25,564 nucleotides of DNA. Origin: Methanocellales archaeon. Its GTDB lineage: Archaea > Halobacteriota > JAWCLZ01. The first letter of the stretch is position 1, and every line of letters begins with the position of its first letter. Below are positions 7,713-16,165 of this stretch, in pieces. A model generated the notes under the pieces. It worked only from the letters and a program-made list of their open reading frames with translations, was not told the origin of the DNA and did not search any database. The translations under genes were made by a program, and so were the position numbers. The DNA is taken from the NCBI GenBank assembly GCA_038850285.1, contig JAWCMA010000015.1, positions 1 through 25,564 of the forward strand. The letters are read 5' to 3'.

Positions 7713-9662
7713 CTATTTCCTCCTCTCAGCTTTATATTCCCGCAGCAGCGATTCAATCATCTTAACCTTCTCCTCTGCCTTGAGCTTTTCAACTCTTGTT
7801 TTATAATTCAAAATCGCTACTCTCAGCTTCTCAGGATCAACTACTGCGAAGCCCTCGGCTTTATTCACCTGTACCTCCTCGGGGGATAAAACTGGGATAT
7901 TTGCTTCTTGGAATTTCTCTCGAGCTATATGCGACATTTCCCCGCTTGCAATTATTGCTTCAACTTGCTTTTCTATCAATAGCTCTGCAGTTCCCGCACC
8001 TCCGCCACTTGCATCTTCGAGGTAAATTACATCTCCTTTTTTAATTCCAAATTCCCTCTCAGCTTGTTGAATGGCATCTCTTGCAAAGGTTGAAATTATC
8101 TTCACAGGCATTGCTTCACCTTTTGCCTCAAGGGCTTTGATCTGCTTGAGTCTAGCCATTCTTACCTCGAGCTGAATGTTGACTTCCTTAAGCCTTTCAA
8201 TCTCAGCCTTCAATCTAGCTATTTCCCTCTCTTTTAATTCAACTGCCCTTGCCTTTTTAATCTCCCTAGTCTCAGCGGTTTTAAGAGCTTCCATTTGCTC
8301 CTTCAAAGCAAGTATCTCGCTATCTCTACTCCTGAGCTCAGCCTTCAATTCCTCCACGAAGCTCTTCAACCGCTCAATTTGCTCGGAATAGCGCTTTAGC
8401 TCTATTTTAAACTCCTCCACCTCCACTTTTGCGCTAGCTTTTTCTCTTTCAACCTCCAAATGCCCAGCCTCTGGCGCTTCAACCTTCGGGCTAGTTAGCT
8501 GGAGAATTGCTGAGTCAACCGAGGTGCCGCGCACCACCATTGCCTTAAGCTCCTCAATGTTAAGTGGAGCTGGAGCTTTCTTCTCAATCTGCGCAAATTT
8601 ACTTTTATAGCTATTGAACGCAAGTAAAGCAGCTGCTATTGCATCGCGCTCGTGGTCATTTGCATATCCAAAGCGCTTAGCTAAGTTTATTTTCTCCTCA
8701 GCTGAAATGAACCTAGGTGGGGTATATAAAACTGCATTGAAAACCCGCTTAATCCTTTCAACCGCCGCTGGTGTAGGTGTAACATCGGTTGCAATTACCA
8801 GGGGATCTCCATTGGCTGAGATATGCTCCACGATATCTGCAAATGAGAATACTCTGGAGCTAATACTGCTCTTCAAATCACCATTTAGATCTAAAATTGC
8901 AATAGCAGTAGTGGTACCTGGGTCTATTCCCACGATTATATATCTATGCCTTCGCATCAATGGATTGAACTTTATCCCAGCTCTCTCAACTGCTTCAACT
9001 CTCACTTGCACATTTTCAGATCGCTGTTCCTTCACGCCCACCTCGGCTTTTTTGGCTTCAATGGTGAACTCTCCACTTGCATAGCCCCCATAAGCTTGCT
9101 TCACTTTTAACTCAAATTTTAGTCCTTTATCCTTGATTTCCTTTTCAATTTCCCTCACTCTTTGAAGCACTTCCCCGTGCACCTTCCTTCTATATCTATT
9201 CTGACTCCAGCCTCCCTTACCCGGTGATCGAGCTCGGCTGACTTTAACTATGGTTTTATCCTCAAAAACACTTACTTCATAGCCAATTCCCAATGCAGCG
9301 AGTTTCGCGATTGCCATTGCTTCTTCAGCTGGATTTAAGCGATCGAAAGCAATGCCATATCGTTGGGCAATTCTAGCTAGCGGCTCGGGTTTCTCTGAAC
9401 CAGTGACTTGAACAAGTTTGGTATGAGGGGGAAATTTTCTGAGAAGCAATGCGAGCTCGCTTTTATCAGCTGCAAGCTCATGGATATTATCCACAGCCAC
9501 AATCTCTGGTTTTTCACGCTCGATCAAGCGCAGCAATTTAAAAACACTTATATCCTCGTGTTTTTCAAGCCCTCCAGCTCTCAGTACAGCAGCAGCATAC
9601 TCCGCTCCTTCCTTAGCTAGAGGTGATCCCCTTGCAATATCAACGCCGATGATGGAAGTCAT
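7713..9662 (-). CDS. DUF460-family protein (RNase H-like domains plus long coiled coil)
   Basis: IIGVDI.RGS, VAVDNIHEL, SPGKGGWSQNRYRR, IVGIDPGTTTAIA, NDHERDA, E/K-rich coiled coil, DASGGG. Confidence 0.9.
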   Translation of the reverse strand: MTSIIGVDIARGSPLAKEGAEYAAAVLRAGGLEKHEDISVFKLLRLIEREKPEIVAVDNIHELAADKSELALLLRKFPPHTKLVQVTGSEKPEPLARIAQRYGIAFDRLNPAEEAMAIAKLAALGIGYEVSVFEDKTIVKVSRARSPGKGGWSQNRYRRKVHGEVLQRVREIEKEIKDKGLKFELKVKQAYGGYASGEFTIEAKKAEVGVKEQRSENVQVRVEAVERAGIKFNPLMRRHRYIIVGIDPGTTTAIAILDLNGDLKSSISSRVFSFADIVEHISANGDPLVIATDVTPTPAAVERIKRVFNAVLYTPPRFISAEEKINLAKRFGYANDHERDAIAAALLAFNSYKSKFAQIEKKAPAPLNIEELKAMVVRGTSVDSAILQLTSPKVEAPEAGHLEVEREKASAKVEVEEFKIELKRYSEQIERLKSFVEELKAELRSRDSEILALKEQMEALKTAETREIKKARAVELKEREIARLKAEIERLKEVNIQLEVRMARLKQIKALEAKGEAMPVKIISTFARDAIQQAEREFGIKKGDVIYLEDASGGGAGTAELLIEKQVEAIIASGEMSHIAREKFQEANIPVLSPEEVQVNKAEGFAVVDPEKLRVAILNYKTRVEKLKAEEKVKMIESLLREYKAERRK

Positions 9663-9670
9663 TCTTATTC

Positions 9671-9686
9671 TTATAAATATTTATAA
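9671..9686. promoter_or_regulatory. Perfect 16-bp palindrome TTATAAATATTTATAA giving TATA-like boxes on both strands between divergent genes
   Basis: Read directly; lies in the short gap between the DUF460 ATG (9662) and the HAD GTG (9710). Confidence 0.55.
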
Positions 9687-9709
9687 TGCCTTCAAGTATA
9701 TTTTTTCTC

Positions 9710-10762
9710 GTGAAATATATAATTGCCTTCGACGTGGAAGGGCCAATTGCAAATCCAAGTTTTGACTTCACTTGGCTTTGCTTAGAGCATACCTCTAAGC
9801 AATTCTATGAGAGAATCAAGTTCTTCGATGAATACGATGATTTAAGATGGGTGCATGAAAGAGATAAGCGAGGCACTAAGCATAGCACAGGTACCACGCC
9901 TCTTATCTCATTGCTCGCTGCTGCTTGCGAGGGCTTCAGTGACGGGCAGTTAAAGGAAATAGCTAGGGAAAAAATGAAGTTAAGCAGAGGAGCGAAGGAG
10001 CTCTTGAAGTGGCTCATATGCGAGCGCGAGATCCTGCCATACTTCATAACAAGTTCCTATCCCGCGGTATCGCTGCTGCTTGGAAGGAAATTCAATATCC
10101 CCTCTTCCCATATTTACTGCGCCGGCAATCAACTTAGCAGAGAAGAACTCCTTAAATTCAATTATAACCCAGACTTTGATGTGGAGCTGCAGCTTAGATC
10201 TCCAGTGGAGCTATGGAATAAAAAACAAGTTGAGGTAGTAGAATTTTTAGAGGAATATCTAGCGAATTGCCTAGAACTACGCAATTGCTATCTTCAGAAT
10301 CAGAGGAAAGGCAATATTAAAGCTCTTTTAAAGCTGCAGCGTAAGATCTTCGAGGGAGTTAAAGATGGAGAACTCAGAGCCTCTTTGATTGCATTAATTT
10401 TAAAGCAAAAGGGCGTGATGGGGGGGCATAATAAGAAGAGGGTGCTTAAAAAACTCTCCCCTGATCCAAAGTATGCCATATACCTAGGAGATGGCATAGT
10501 GGATGCCGACTGCCTAGAATATGCAAATTATGGCATAGCAGTAAACTGCATTAATAGCTTTGCTCTACATAGCTGTAAATTCAACATAGCCACAGCAAAC
10601 GAAGCATTCTTGATACCAATTTTTGAGCAAATTCTTGATGGCAAATTCAAATTGGAGCAAACTCGCTCAAGTGATGAGTTAATTATCTATCCTCAAAGGG
10701 ATATCAAAAATAAGTTGGATGAGGTAAAGAAAGTAAATAGCTATTACAGAGCACTATTATAA
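9710..10762 (+). CDS. HAD-superfamily protein, EhaR-like
   Basis: Motif I variant AFDVEGP, FFDEYDD, STGTTP, motif II ITSSY, VMGGHNK, motif IV YLGDGIVD. GTG at 9710 preferred over the ATG at 9686, which overlaps the palindrome. Confidence 0.65.
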   Translation: MKYIIAFDVEGPIANPSFDFTWLCLEHTSKQFYERIKFFDEYDDLRWVHERDKRGTKHSTGTTPLISLLAAACEGFSDGQLKEIAREKMKLSRGAKELLKWLICEREILPYFITSSYPAVSLLLGRKFNIPSSHIYCAGNQLSREELLKFNYNPDFDVELQLRSPVELWNKKQVEVVEFLEEYLANCLELRNCYLQNQRKGNIKALLKLQRKIFEGVKDGELRASLIALILKQKGVMGGHNKKRVLKKLSPDPKYAIYLGDGIVDADCLEYANYGIAVNCINSFALHSCKFNIATANEAFLIPIFEQILDGKFKLEQTRSSDELIIYPQRDIKNKLDEVKKVNSYYRALL

Positions 10763-10780
10763 TTTATTATTATTTATTAT

Positions 10781-11845
10781 TTATTTAAAATTTTTATTAG
10801 ATAATAAAAAAATGAATAATCCTGCTAGGGTTAGAAAAATTGCTCCATAAATGCAAGAGAGATAGCCAAAGTATTGACTTAGAACTCCACCGCTCATAGG
10901 TCCTAAAATTGAAGCTAGAGATATAGTTGATTTCAATAGCCCTGAAGCAGTTGCTCTTTCAATATTTTGCTCTAAAACTGATTTAAGAGAGCCAATATAA
11001 AGACAAGACCAAGAAAAAGCCAGCAAGACTTGAGTTAATAAGAATTGAAATTGATTTGAAGCAAGAGAAAATGAGAAAAAAGTTATGGCGGAGAATAGAA
11101 GACCCGAGATAACCAAATTAGAGCCTCTAAAGGTATCAAGCCTTGGCATGATTAAAAACTGGAAAAAGGAATTAGTGAAATAGATAATTCCAATCCAAAG
11201 TTTCGAGATTCCAAAAGAAGCTAGATATAGAGGGAAAATTATCCAAATCATATGAGCACCAGAATGCCTGAGTAAAAAAGAAAGATAAATCCAAAGACTA
11301 TTCCTTATTATTCTAACTGGGAAAAATGGAACTGAGAGAGATGTTGCTGGGATTTCCAATCTTAGAGCAAAGAGAAAAGCAAAGATAAAAAAGATCGAAC
11401 TCAAGAGAAATATCTTCCAGTAGATAGCTATGACCCCAGCTATAAAATTGCCCACTGCCCAGCCTAAGCTGCCAAAAGCAGTGAATTTTCCAATTTTCTT
11501 ATCCGCATCATAGATATAGGCAATTAAAGCAGCTGGAAAAGCACCAAGCGATAAACCAACTAAGACTCGAGCTAGTAATAATTGAAATGGATCTTGAGAT
11601 AAAGCTTGAAGGGGGAAAGAAATCGCAGAGGCCACAAGTCCCAAGATTAAGAATTTCTTCCTCCCGTGGATATCCGATAATCTACCAAAGATATATGAGG
11701 AAATAAACAGCGCTAAGCCATAAAGTGCTCCTATCAAACCAATTTCAAAATTCCCCGCTCCAAGTTCTCTCGCATAGATGGGAATGAATAATAGAGAGGA
11801 AGCAGTTGCAGCTTCCACTAAAAAATTTATGAAATTAGCTCGCAT
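10781..11845 (-). CDS. MFS transporter
   Basis: Multiple hydrophobic helices; motif A GRLSDIHGRKK. Start placed at the ATG at 11845 (ORF track uses TTG 11890). Visibly more AT-rich than its neighbours. Confidence 0.88.
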   Translation of the reverse strand: MRANFINFLVEAATASSLLFIPIYARELGAGNFEIGLIGALYGLALFISSYIFGRLSDIHGRKKFLILGLVASAISFPLQALSQDPFQLLLARVLVGLSLGAFPAALIAYIYDADKKIGKFTAFGSLGWAVGNFIAGVIAIYWKIFLLSSIFFIFAFLFALRLEIPATSLSVPFFPVRIIRNSLWIYLSFLLRHSGAHMIWIIFPLYLASFGISKLWIGIIYFTNSFFQFLIMPRLDTFRGSNLVISGLLFSAITFFSFSLASNQFQFLLTQVLLAFSWSCLYIGSLKSVLEQNIERATASGLLKSTISLASILGPMSGGVLSQYFGYLSCIYGAIFLTLAGLFIFLLSNKNFK

Positions 11846-11937
11846 ATTAAAGAGCTCTATAAAAGCAGAAGATATAGACTTTGCTCGCAAGTTAAATATA
11901 AGATAAGAAAAATGGAAGAAATAGCGTAGATTTGCAT

Positions 11938-12864
11938 ATGCCTAAAAAGCTAGACATCATTGCAATTGGAGCAATTTTAATAGACTTAATCGGCAAAGCC
12001 GAGCGCTTGCCCAAGCGAGAGGAAGAAGTATTTCTCAATGAATTAATAGCCCTTCCAGGGGGCTCAGCTGCAAATACCGCTGCTGCCTGCGCGAGACTGG
12101 GCTTGAAAACTGGCTTCATTGGAAAAATAGGGGAAGACGACTTCGGGGAATTTTTAAAGCAAGATCTAGCGAGAGAAGGCGTGGATATAACTGAGCTGAA
12201 GAAAACCCAGGAGAAGCAAACTGGTACTTGCTTTATAGCTATGGATAGAAAGAAAGAACGCCACATGTATGCCTACAGCGGCGCAGCAAATCTCCTCCTC
12301 CCAAGCGATATCAATCCCGAGTATATAAATAGCGCGGGAATTGTGCACCTCGCTGATTTAAAAAACATCGCCCCCCTAATCCAAGCTGCAAAGCAAGCTC
12401 GAGGGGAAACAAAGGTTTCTTTAAACCCAGGTGGATTGATAATCAACCTGGGATATAGAAAAATAAAACCATTGCTCAAACTAGTGGATATCTATATTTC
12501 CTCAAAAGATGAAGCCGCGAAGCTCTATAAAACTGAGGATGTGGAAAAACTTGCAGCTAAACTATTAAAAGAGGGCATCGCCATAGTTGCCTTAACCTTG
12601 GGCAAACGCGGCTGCTACATCGCAAATGCTAATAAAAGCCTTCGAATCCCAGGTTTTAAGGTAAAAGCAGTGGATACCACAGGCGCTGGCGATGCCTTCA
12701 GCGCTGGCTTTCTCTATGGATTGGCTAAAGAATTAAGCTTGGAGGAATGCGGGCGCTATGCCAATGCAACCGCAGCCCTCTGCGTTTCAACGCCAGGGGC
12801 GAGATTCAAACATGGAATCGAGGAGGTTAGAGAACTGCTGAGGAAATGTATAAATACTATTTAA
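11938..12864 (+). CDS. PfkB/ribokinase-family carbohydrate or nucleoside kinase
   Basis: PGGSAANTA...ARLG, GKIGEDDFG, SLNPG, TLGKRG, and the anion-hole motif VDTTGAGDAFSAGFLYG. ATG at 11938. Confidence 0.92.
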   Translation: MPKKLDIIAIGAILIDLIGKAERLPKREEEVFLNELIALPGGSAANTAAACARLGLKTGFIGKIGEDDFGEFLKQDLAREGVDITELKKTQEKQTGTCFIAMDRKKERHMYAYSGAANLLLPSDINPEYINSAGIVHLADLKNIAPLIQAAKQARGETKVSLNPGGLIINLGYRKIKPLLKLVDIYISSKDEAAKLYKTEDVEKLAAKLLKEGIAIVALTLGKRGCYIANANKSLRIPGFKVKAVDTTGAGDAFSAGFLYGLAKELSLEECGRYANATAALCVSTPGARFKHGIEEVRELLRKCINTI

Positions 12865-13135
12865 AATCAGCTCCATATAGCTTGACCCTGCGAATATACC
12901 TCCTAGTTATGCTCAGCAATTTCCTCCTGAGCTCTTCACCACTTTCCTCCACCTTTTCAAATTCCTCAGCCAATTTTTCATGCCCTAGATCTCTAAGCCA
13001 AGGTCTGAAGTGCCTCCCTAGATGGTGAAATTCAATGCTTGCAATGGGCAAAATATCGAGAGCCTCGCGGAATTCCTCTAGATTCCTCGCTTTACCCGCG
13101 ACTTCACCACTTGGAAAGCGGAAAATAAATTCCAT
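12857..13135 (-). CDS. Small DUF5752-like protein coupled to rbcL
   Basis: F.F......G.ARNLEEF...L..LP..SIEFH....HF..WL...LG...LA pattern. The ATG overlaps the rbcL stop (TGATG), and an SD-like GGTGGTGAT is formed by the last rbcL codons. Confidence 0.7.
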   Translation of the reverse strand: MEFIFRFPSGEVAGKARNLEEFREALDILPIASIEFHHLGRHFRPWLRDLGHEKLAEEFEKVEESGEELRRKLLSITRRYIRRVKLYGADFK

Positions 13136-14313
13136 CAATCACCACCCCAGTGCTCAAGCGCGAGTTTAAGCTCCTCGTGCTCCTTAGCATATTCCTCAAC
13201 ACTAACTCCCTTGAGCCATGCATCGATAGCTTGCCTCATCGCCGCTGCCCCAGCAGCAGTGCCGCGAGGATGCCCATGAATGCCTCCTCCTGCTTGAATG
13301 AAGCAGTCAATACCATAGCCTTGGAGATTAGCAGCAACTGTTCTTGGATGAATCCCACCTGAGGCAACTGGGAATACTGGCTTGAGGTTATACCACGGAT
13401 TGCGAATTGCATCTCTACAGGCATCTATCTCCTGGATATTGTGATCCATCTTCCCCAGATAGCTGCCTAAATGCAAACTGCTGGCACCCGCTAGTCTAGC
13501 GAGCTTTGCAAAAACCAGCATGCTTATCCCGTGCTTTGGATTGCGCGTTATTGCAGCATGCATGGTGCGATGCACGTGTATGGGCACTTTCAAATTCGCC
13601 TCATTTAATGCTTGCAAAGCTGAAAAGCCAGCGGTTACTACATCGATCATAAGCATGTTTGCACCCATTTTAAGCGCTAGCTCCGCTCTATCCACGATTT
13701 CCTCTGCACCTGTGGTGATATTAACCGCGTAAAAAGTTTTCTTCCCAGTTTCAGCTTCAAGTTTATCAAGCTTCTTCATAACCTTTGAAACCCTTTGCTT
13801 GAGCGGGCAGAATTTTTGATTTGAAAGAGTTTCATCATCCTTAATTAAATCAACCCCTCCCAGTGCGGCTTGATAAGCCCTCATAGCAGTTTGCTCTGGA
13901 GTAAGTCCAACTTTGGGCTTTACAATAGTACCAAGCACCGGTCGATCGTATATCTTACCAATTCTCCTCACCTCTTTTATACCAATCCTCGGTCCTCGAA
14001 AGTGGCGAATGAAGCTTGGGGGGAGTTCGATGTCCATTAAGCGCAAATTTTCAATTGCACCCAAGCCAAAGATATTTCCAGCTATAACTGAGAGCACCTG
14101 TGGAATATTCCTAGGTTCAAATAGATCCAGAGGCAGGCCAATTTCAACCTCGCTGCCCTGTGCCTTGAGCACTTTTGCTCCATATTTCTCATGCACCTCA
14201 TCTGCTTTAACATCAGTCCAAGTACCAGTGCTCTGCTCCTCAGCGATTCGCTTTGCCGCGATCTCGATGGGTAGTTTGGATTCAACATAATATTTAGCAA
14301 CCACAAATTCCAT
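13135..14313 (-). CDS. rbcL: Ribulose-1,5-bisphosphate carboxylase large subunit, form III (short, III-a-like)
   Basis: 392 aa with the catalytic set intact: EQSTGTW, AGN, GTIVKPKVGL, GGVDLIKDDE, YAVNIT, HVHRTMH, LHLGSYLGKM (loop-6 Lys), PVASGG, QAGGGIHGHP. Confidence 0.93.
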   Translation of the reverse strand: MEFVVAKYYVESKLPIEIAAKRIAEEQSTGTWTDVKADEVHEKYGAKVLKAQGSEVEIGLPLDLFEPRNIPQVLSVIAGNIFGLGAIENLRLMDIELPPSFIRHFRGPRIGIKEVRRIGKIYDRPVLGTIVKPKVGLTPEQTAMRAYQAALGGVDLIKDDETLSNQKFCPLKQRVSKVMKKLDKLEAETGKKTFYAVNITTGAEEIVDRAELALKMGANMLMIDVVTAGFSALQALNEANLKVPIHVHRTMHAAITRNPKHGISMLVFAKLARLAGASSLHLGSYLGKMDHNIQEIDACRDAIRNPWYNLKPVFPVASGGIHPRTVAANLQGYGIDCFIQAGGGIHGHPRGTAAGAAAMRQAIDAWLKGVSVEEYAKEHEELKLALEHWGGD

Positions 14314-14337
14314 AGCTATCAGTCTATTAAGATACAG

Positions 14338-14359
14338 CCAAGTTATAAAGCATTTATTC
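14338..14359 (-). promoter_or_regulatory. Putative rbcL promoter (GAATAAATGC-TTTATAA-CTTGG)
   Basis: TTTATAA at 14349..14343 overlaps the DUF362 stop and lies about 30 nt upstream of the rbcL ATG. Confidence 0.5.
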
Positions 14360-15152
14360 TTATTCTTACAATTTCTATTTCCTTTAAATTCGCGTTGCCA
14401 AGCTTCATATCCTGCGCTAGTTTTAAATGAGATATAGAGAGGGGTTCATATCCAAGTATCCTAGCTCCAACTGCATCCGCCGCAACTAGATCTTTTGAAA
14501 ATATCATGACATTGAATTCCCTTGCTTCACCGCCTAGTTCTCCCTCGATGCAGGCCTGCCTTCCATCTATAATCGCTAGGCTTGGTTTTAAATATAGATT
14601 TATATCCACTATGCTTTCATCCAACTTTCTATGGAATCTCCCCTTCTTCGCTACTCTCGCTTTCTCCCCAAGGGTTGCTCCAAGCATGTTTTTCAGCGAT
14701 AAACTCACCTTGGTGATTGAATGTACCTTTAAAACCGCTGCAGAGACTATATAGGAATCCTTTAAAGTTAGGGGAAATTCGAATTCCTTCAAAGCAAGTG
14801 CTTTTACATTGCTCCTCAGCTCATAGCTATCTTTATTCAAATCAATTAACTCTATTCCATAATGCTCAGCTAAATCTAAATAGCCCAGTTCTCTGTAAGC
14901 TAAAGGAGTATTGCACCAGCCTGAGCCCTCGGCTATAGTTACTTTTTGAAATTTTTTAAGGTATTCGGCAATTGCCTTAACAGTTTCAACAGGCGTGGTA
15001 ACCGGAGGCGGGCGATTTATGATAAGATTTGGCTTAATCACCGCCTTCTTAACAGGCTCTATATTCAACTGCTTCAAGCCAAGTGAAACCATTGAAGCTG
15101 GGTCTCTTCCCTCAACTAGTATTACCTTGGAACTCATGACTTTGGAATTCAT
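14343..15152 (-). CDS. DUF362-family protein
   Basis: VIKPNL, TTP, IAEGSG, LKVH, SLSLKNMLG, AIIDG, DLVAADAV. The start overlaps the amidohydrolase stop (ATGA). Confidence 0.88.
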   Translation of the reverse strand: MNSKVMSSKVILVEGRDPASMVSLGLKQLNIEPVKKAVIKPNLIINRPPPVTTPVETVKAIAEYLKKFQKVTIAEGSGWCNTPLAYRELGYLDLAEHYGIELIDLNKDSYELRSNVKALALKEFEFPLTLKDSYIVSAAVLKVHSITKVSLSLKNMLGATLGEKARVAKKGRFHRKLDESIVDINLYLKPSLAIIDGRQACIEGELGGEAREFNVMIFSKDLVAADAVGARILGYEPLSISHLKLAQDMKLGNANLKEIEIVRIRINAL

Positions 15153-16090
15153 AATAACAATAGTCTCTTTGCATTTTCCCCAAATATCTTTTTCTTAACT
15201 TCCACAGCTAGGTCTAATTGAGCAAACCAGTTAACGCAGTTCACCATACCTGTTTCTCTATCACAATAGCCACCTATAGCAGGATAGTCAGAGCCATAGA
15301 GAATTCTTTCCTCTCCTATTTCTTCTATAGCTAGTGAGAGGTTGAATTCATTGAATGTAGCGGAAATATCTACATATATATTCTCATGCTTCTTAGCGAC
15401 ATCCATCATTTCTTTGAACCAGATTCCAGGGTATAATCTGCTGTAGCTTCCCATGTGAGCTGCTATTATTTTCAAATCCGGATATTTCTCTGCAACTCTA
15501 TCCAAATATCTTGGGTTTGCATATCTCGAAAGATAAGGCAATTCCCAAGGGCCTGGATCGCAGCCAGTGTGCATTGAAATAATCAACTCATGCTCCTGAG
15601 CTAGCTCATATATCAAATTCATTTTTTCATCCTCAGGGTTGAAGAATTGAATAGTGGGTAAAAATTTTAACCCCTTGAAATTATATTCTCGAATTCTATC
15701 AATTTTCCTCCTCACATACTCCTCCCCTTTATTTGGATTGATAGAGCCAAACCCAGTGAATCTCTCAGGATATTTATCCACGAATTCTTTAACCACCTCT
15801 TCAGATATACTTAAGCCGAGAATTCCCTTTCCAATTTCCCTCAATATTTCTTCATTTACATATCTATAAGCAGGTTCTAGCTCCAGAGCAATTTTCAACT
15901 CTTCATCACTTATATATTTATCAAAATCAACTTCATCTAGATCTAAAGCAAGAAGAACAGCTTTATCGACTCCAGCTAGCTCCATCGCTTCAATTACCTC
16001 CTCCACTGGAATAAAAGCGTGAGTTGAGAGATCAATGGGATGCACATGTACATCTATAACTTCCACTTCCAGAGAATTAATTTTAATCAC
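15149..16090 (-). CDS. Amidohydrolase_2-family metallo-hydrolase/decarboxylase
   Basis: VIDVHVHP, GLKFLP, MHTG, IIAAHMG, NIYVDIS, LYGSDYP, IFGENAKRLL. GTG start. Confidence 0.9.
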   Translation of the reverse strand: MIKINSLEVEVIDVHVHPIDLSTHAFIPVEEVIEAMELAGVDKAVLLALDLDEVDFDKYISDEELKIALELEPAYRYVNEEILREIGKGILGLSISEEVVKEFVDKYPERFTGFGSINPNKGEEYVRRKIDRIREYNFKGLKFLPTIQFFNPEDEKMNLIYELAQEHELIISMHTGCDPGPWELPYLSRYANPRYLDRVAEKYPDLKIIAAHMGSYSRLYPGIWFKEMMDVAKKHENIYVDISATFNEFNLSLAIEEIGEERILYGSDYPAIGGYCDRETGMVNCVNWFAQLDLAVEVKKKIFGENAKRLLLL

Positions 16091-16165
16091 ATTTTGTAGT
16101 AAGGCAGTGTGGATTTAAAAAACAATCGATAGCGATAGCGATGTAAATAATAAATAAAATCAAAA

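Noticed and set aside
7713-9662. Transposase (GIDPG RNase H-like motif)
   Set aside because: The full DUF460 architecture is present, with no terminal repeats or target-site duplication.
13135-14313. RuBisCO-like protein (form IV), suggested by the short length
   Set aside because: KPK, KDDE, HR, loop-6 GK, SGG and GGG catalytic motifs are all present.
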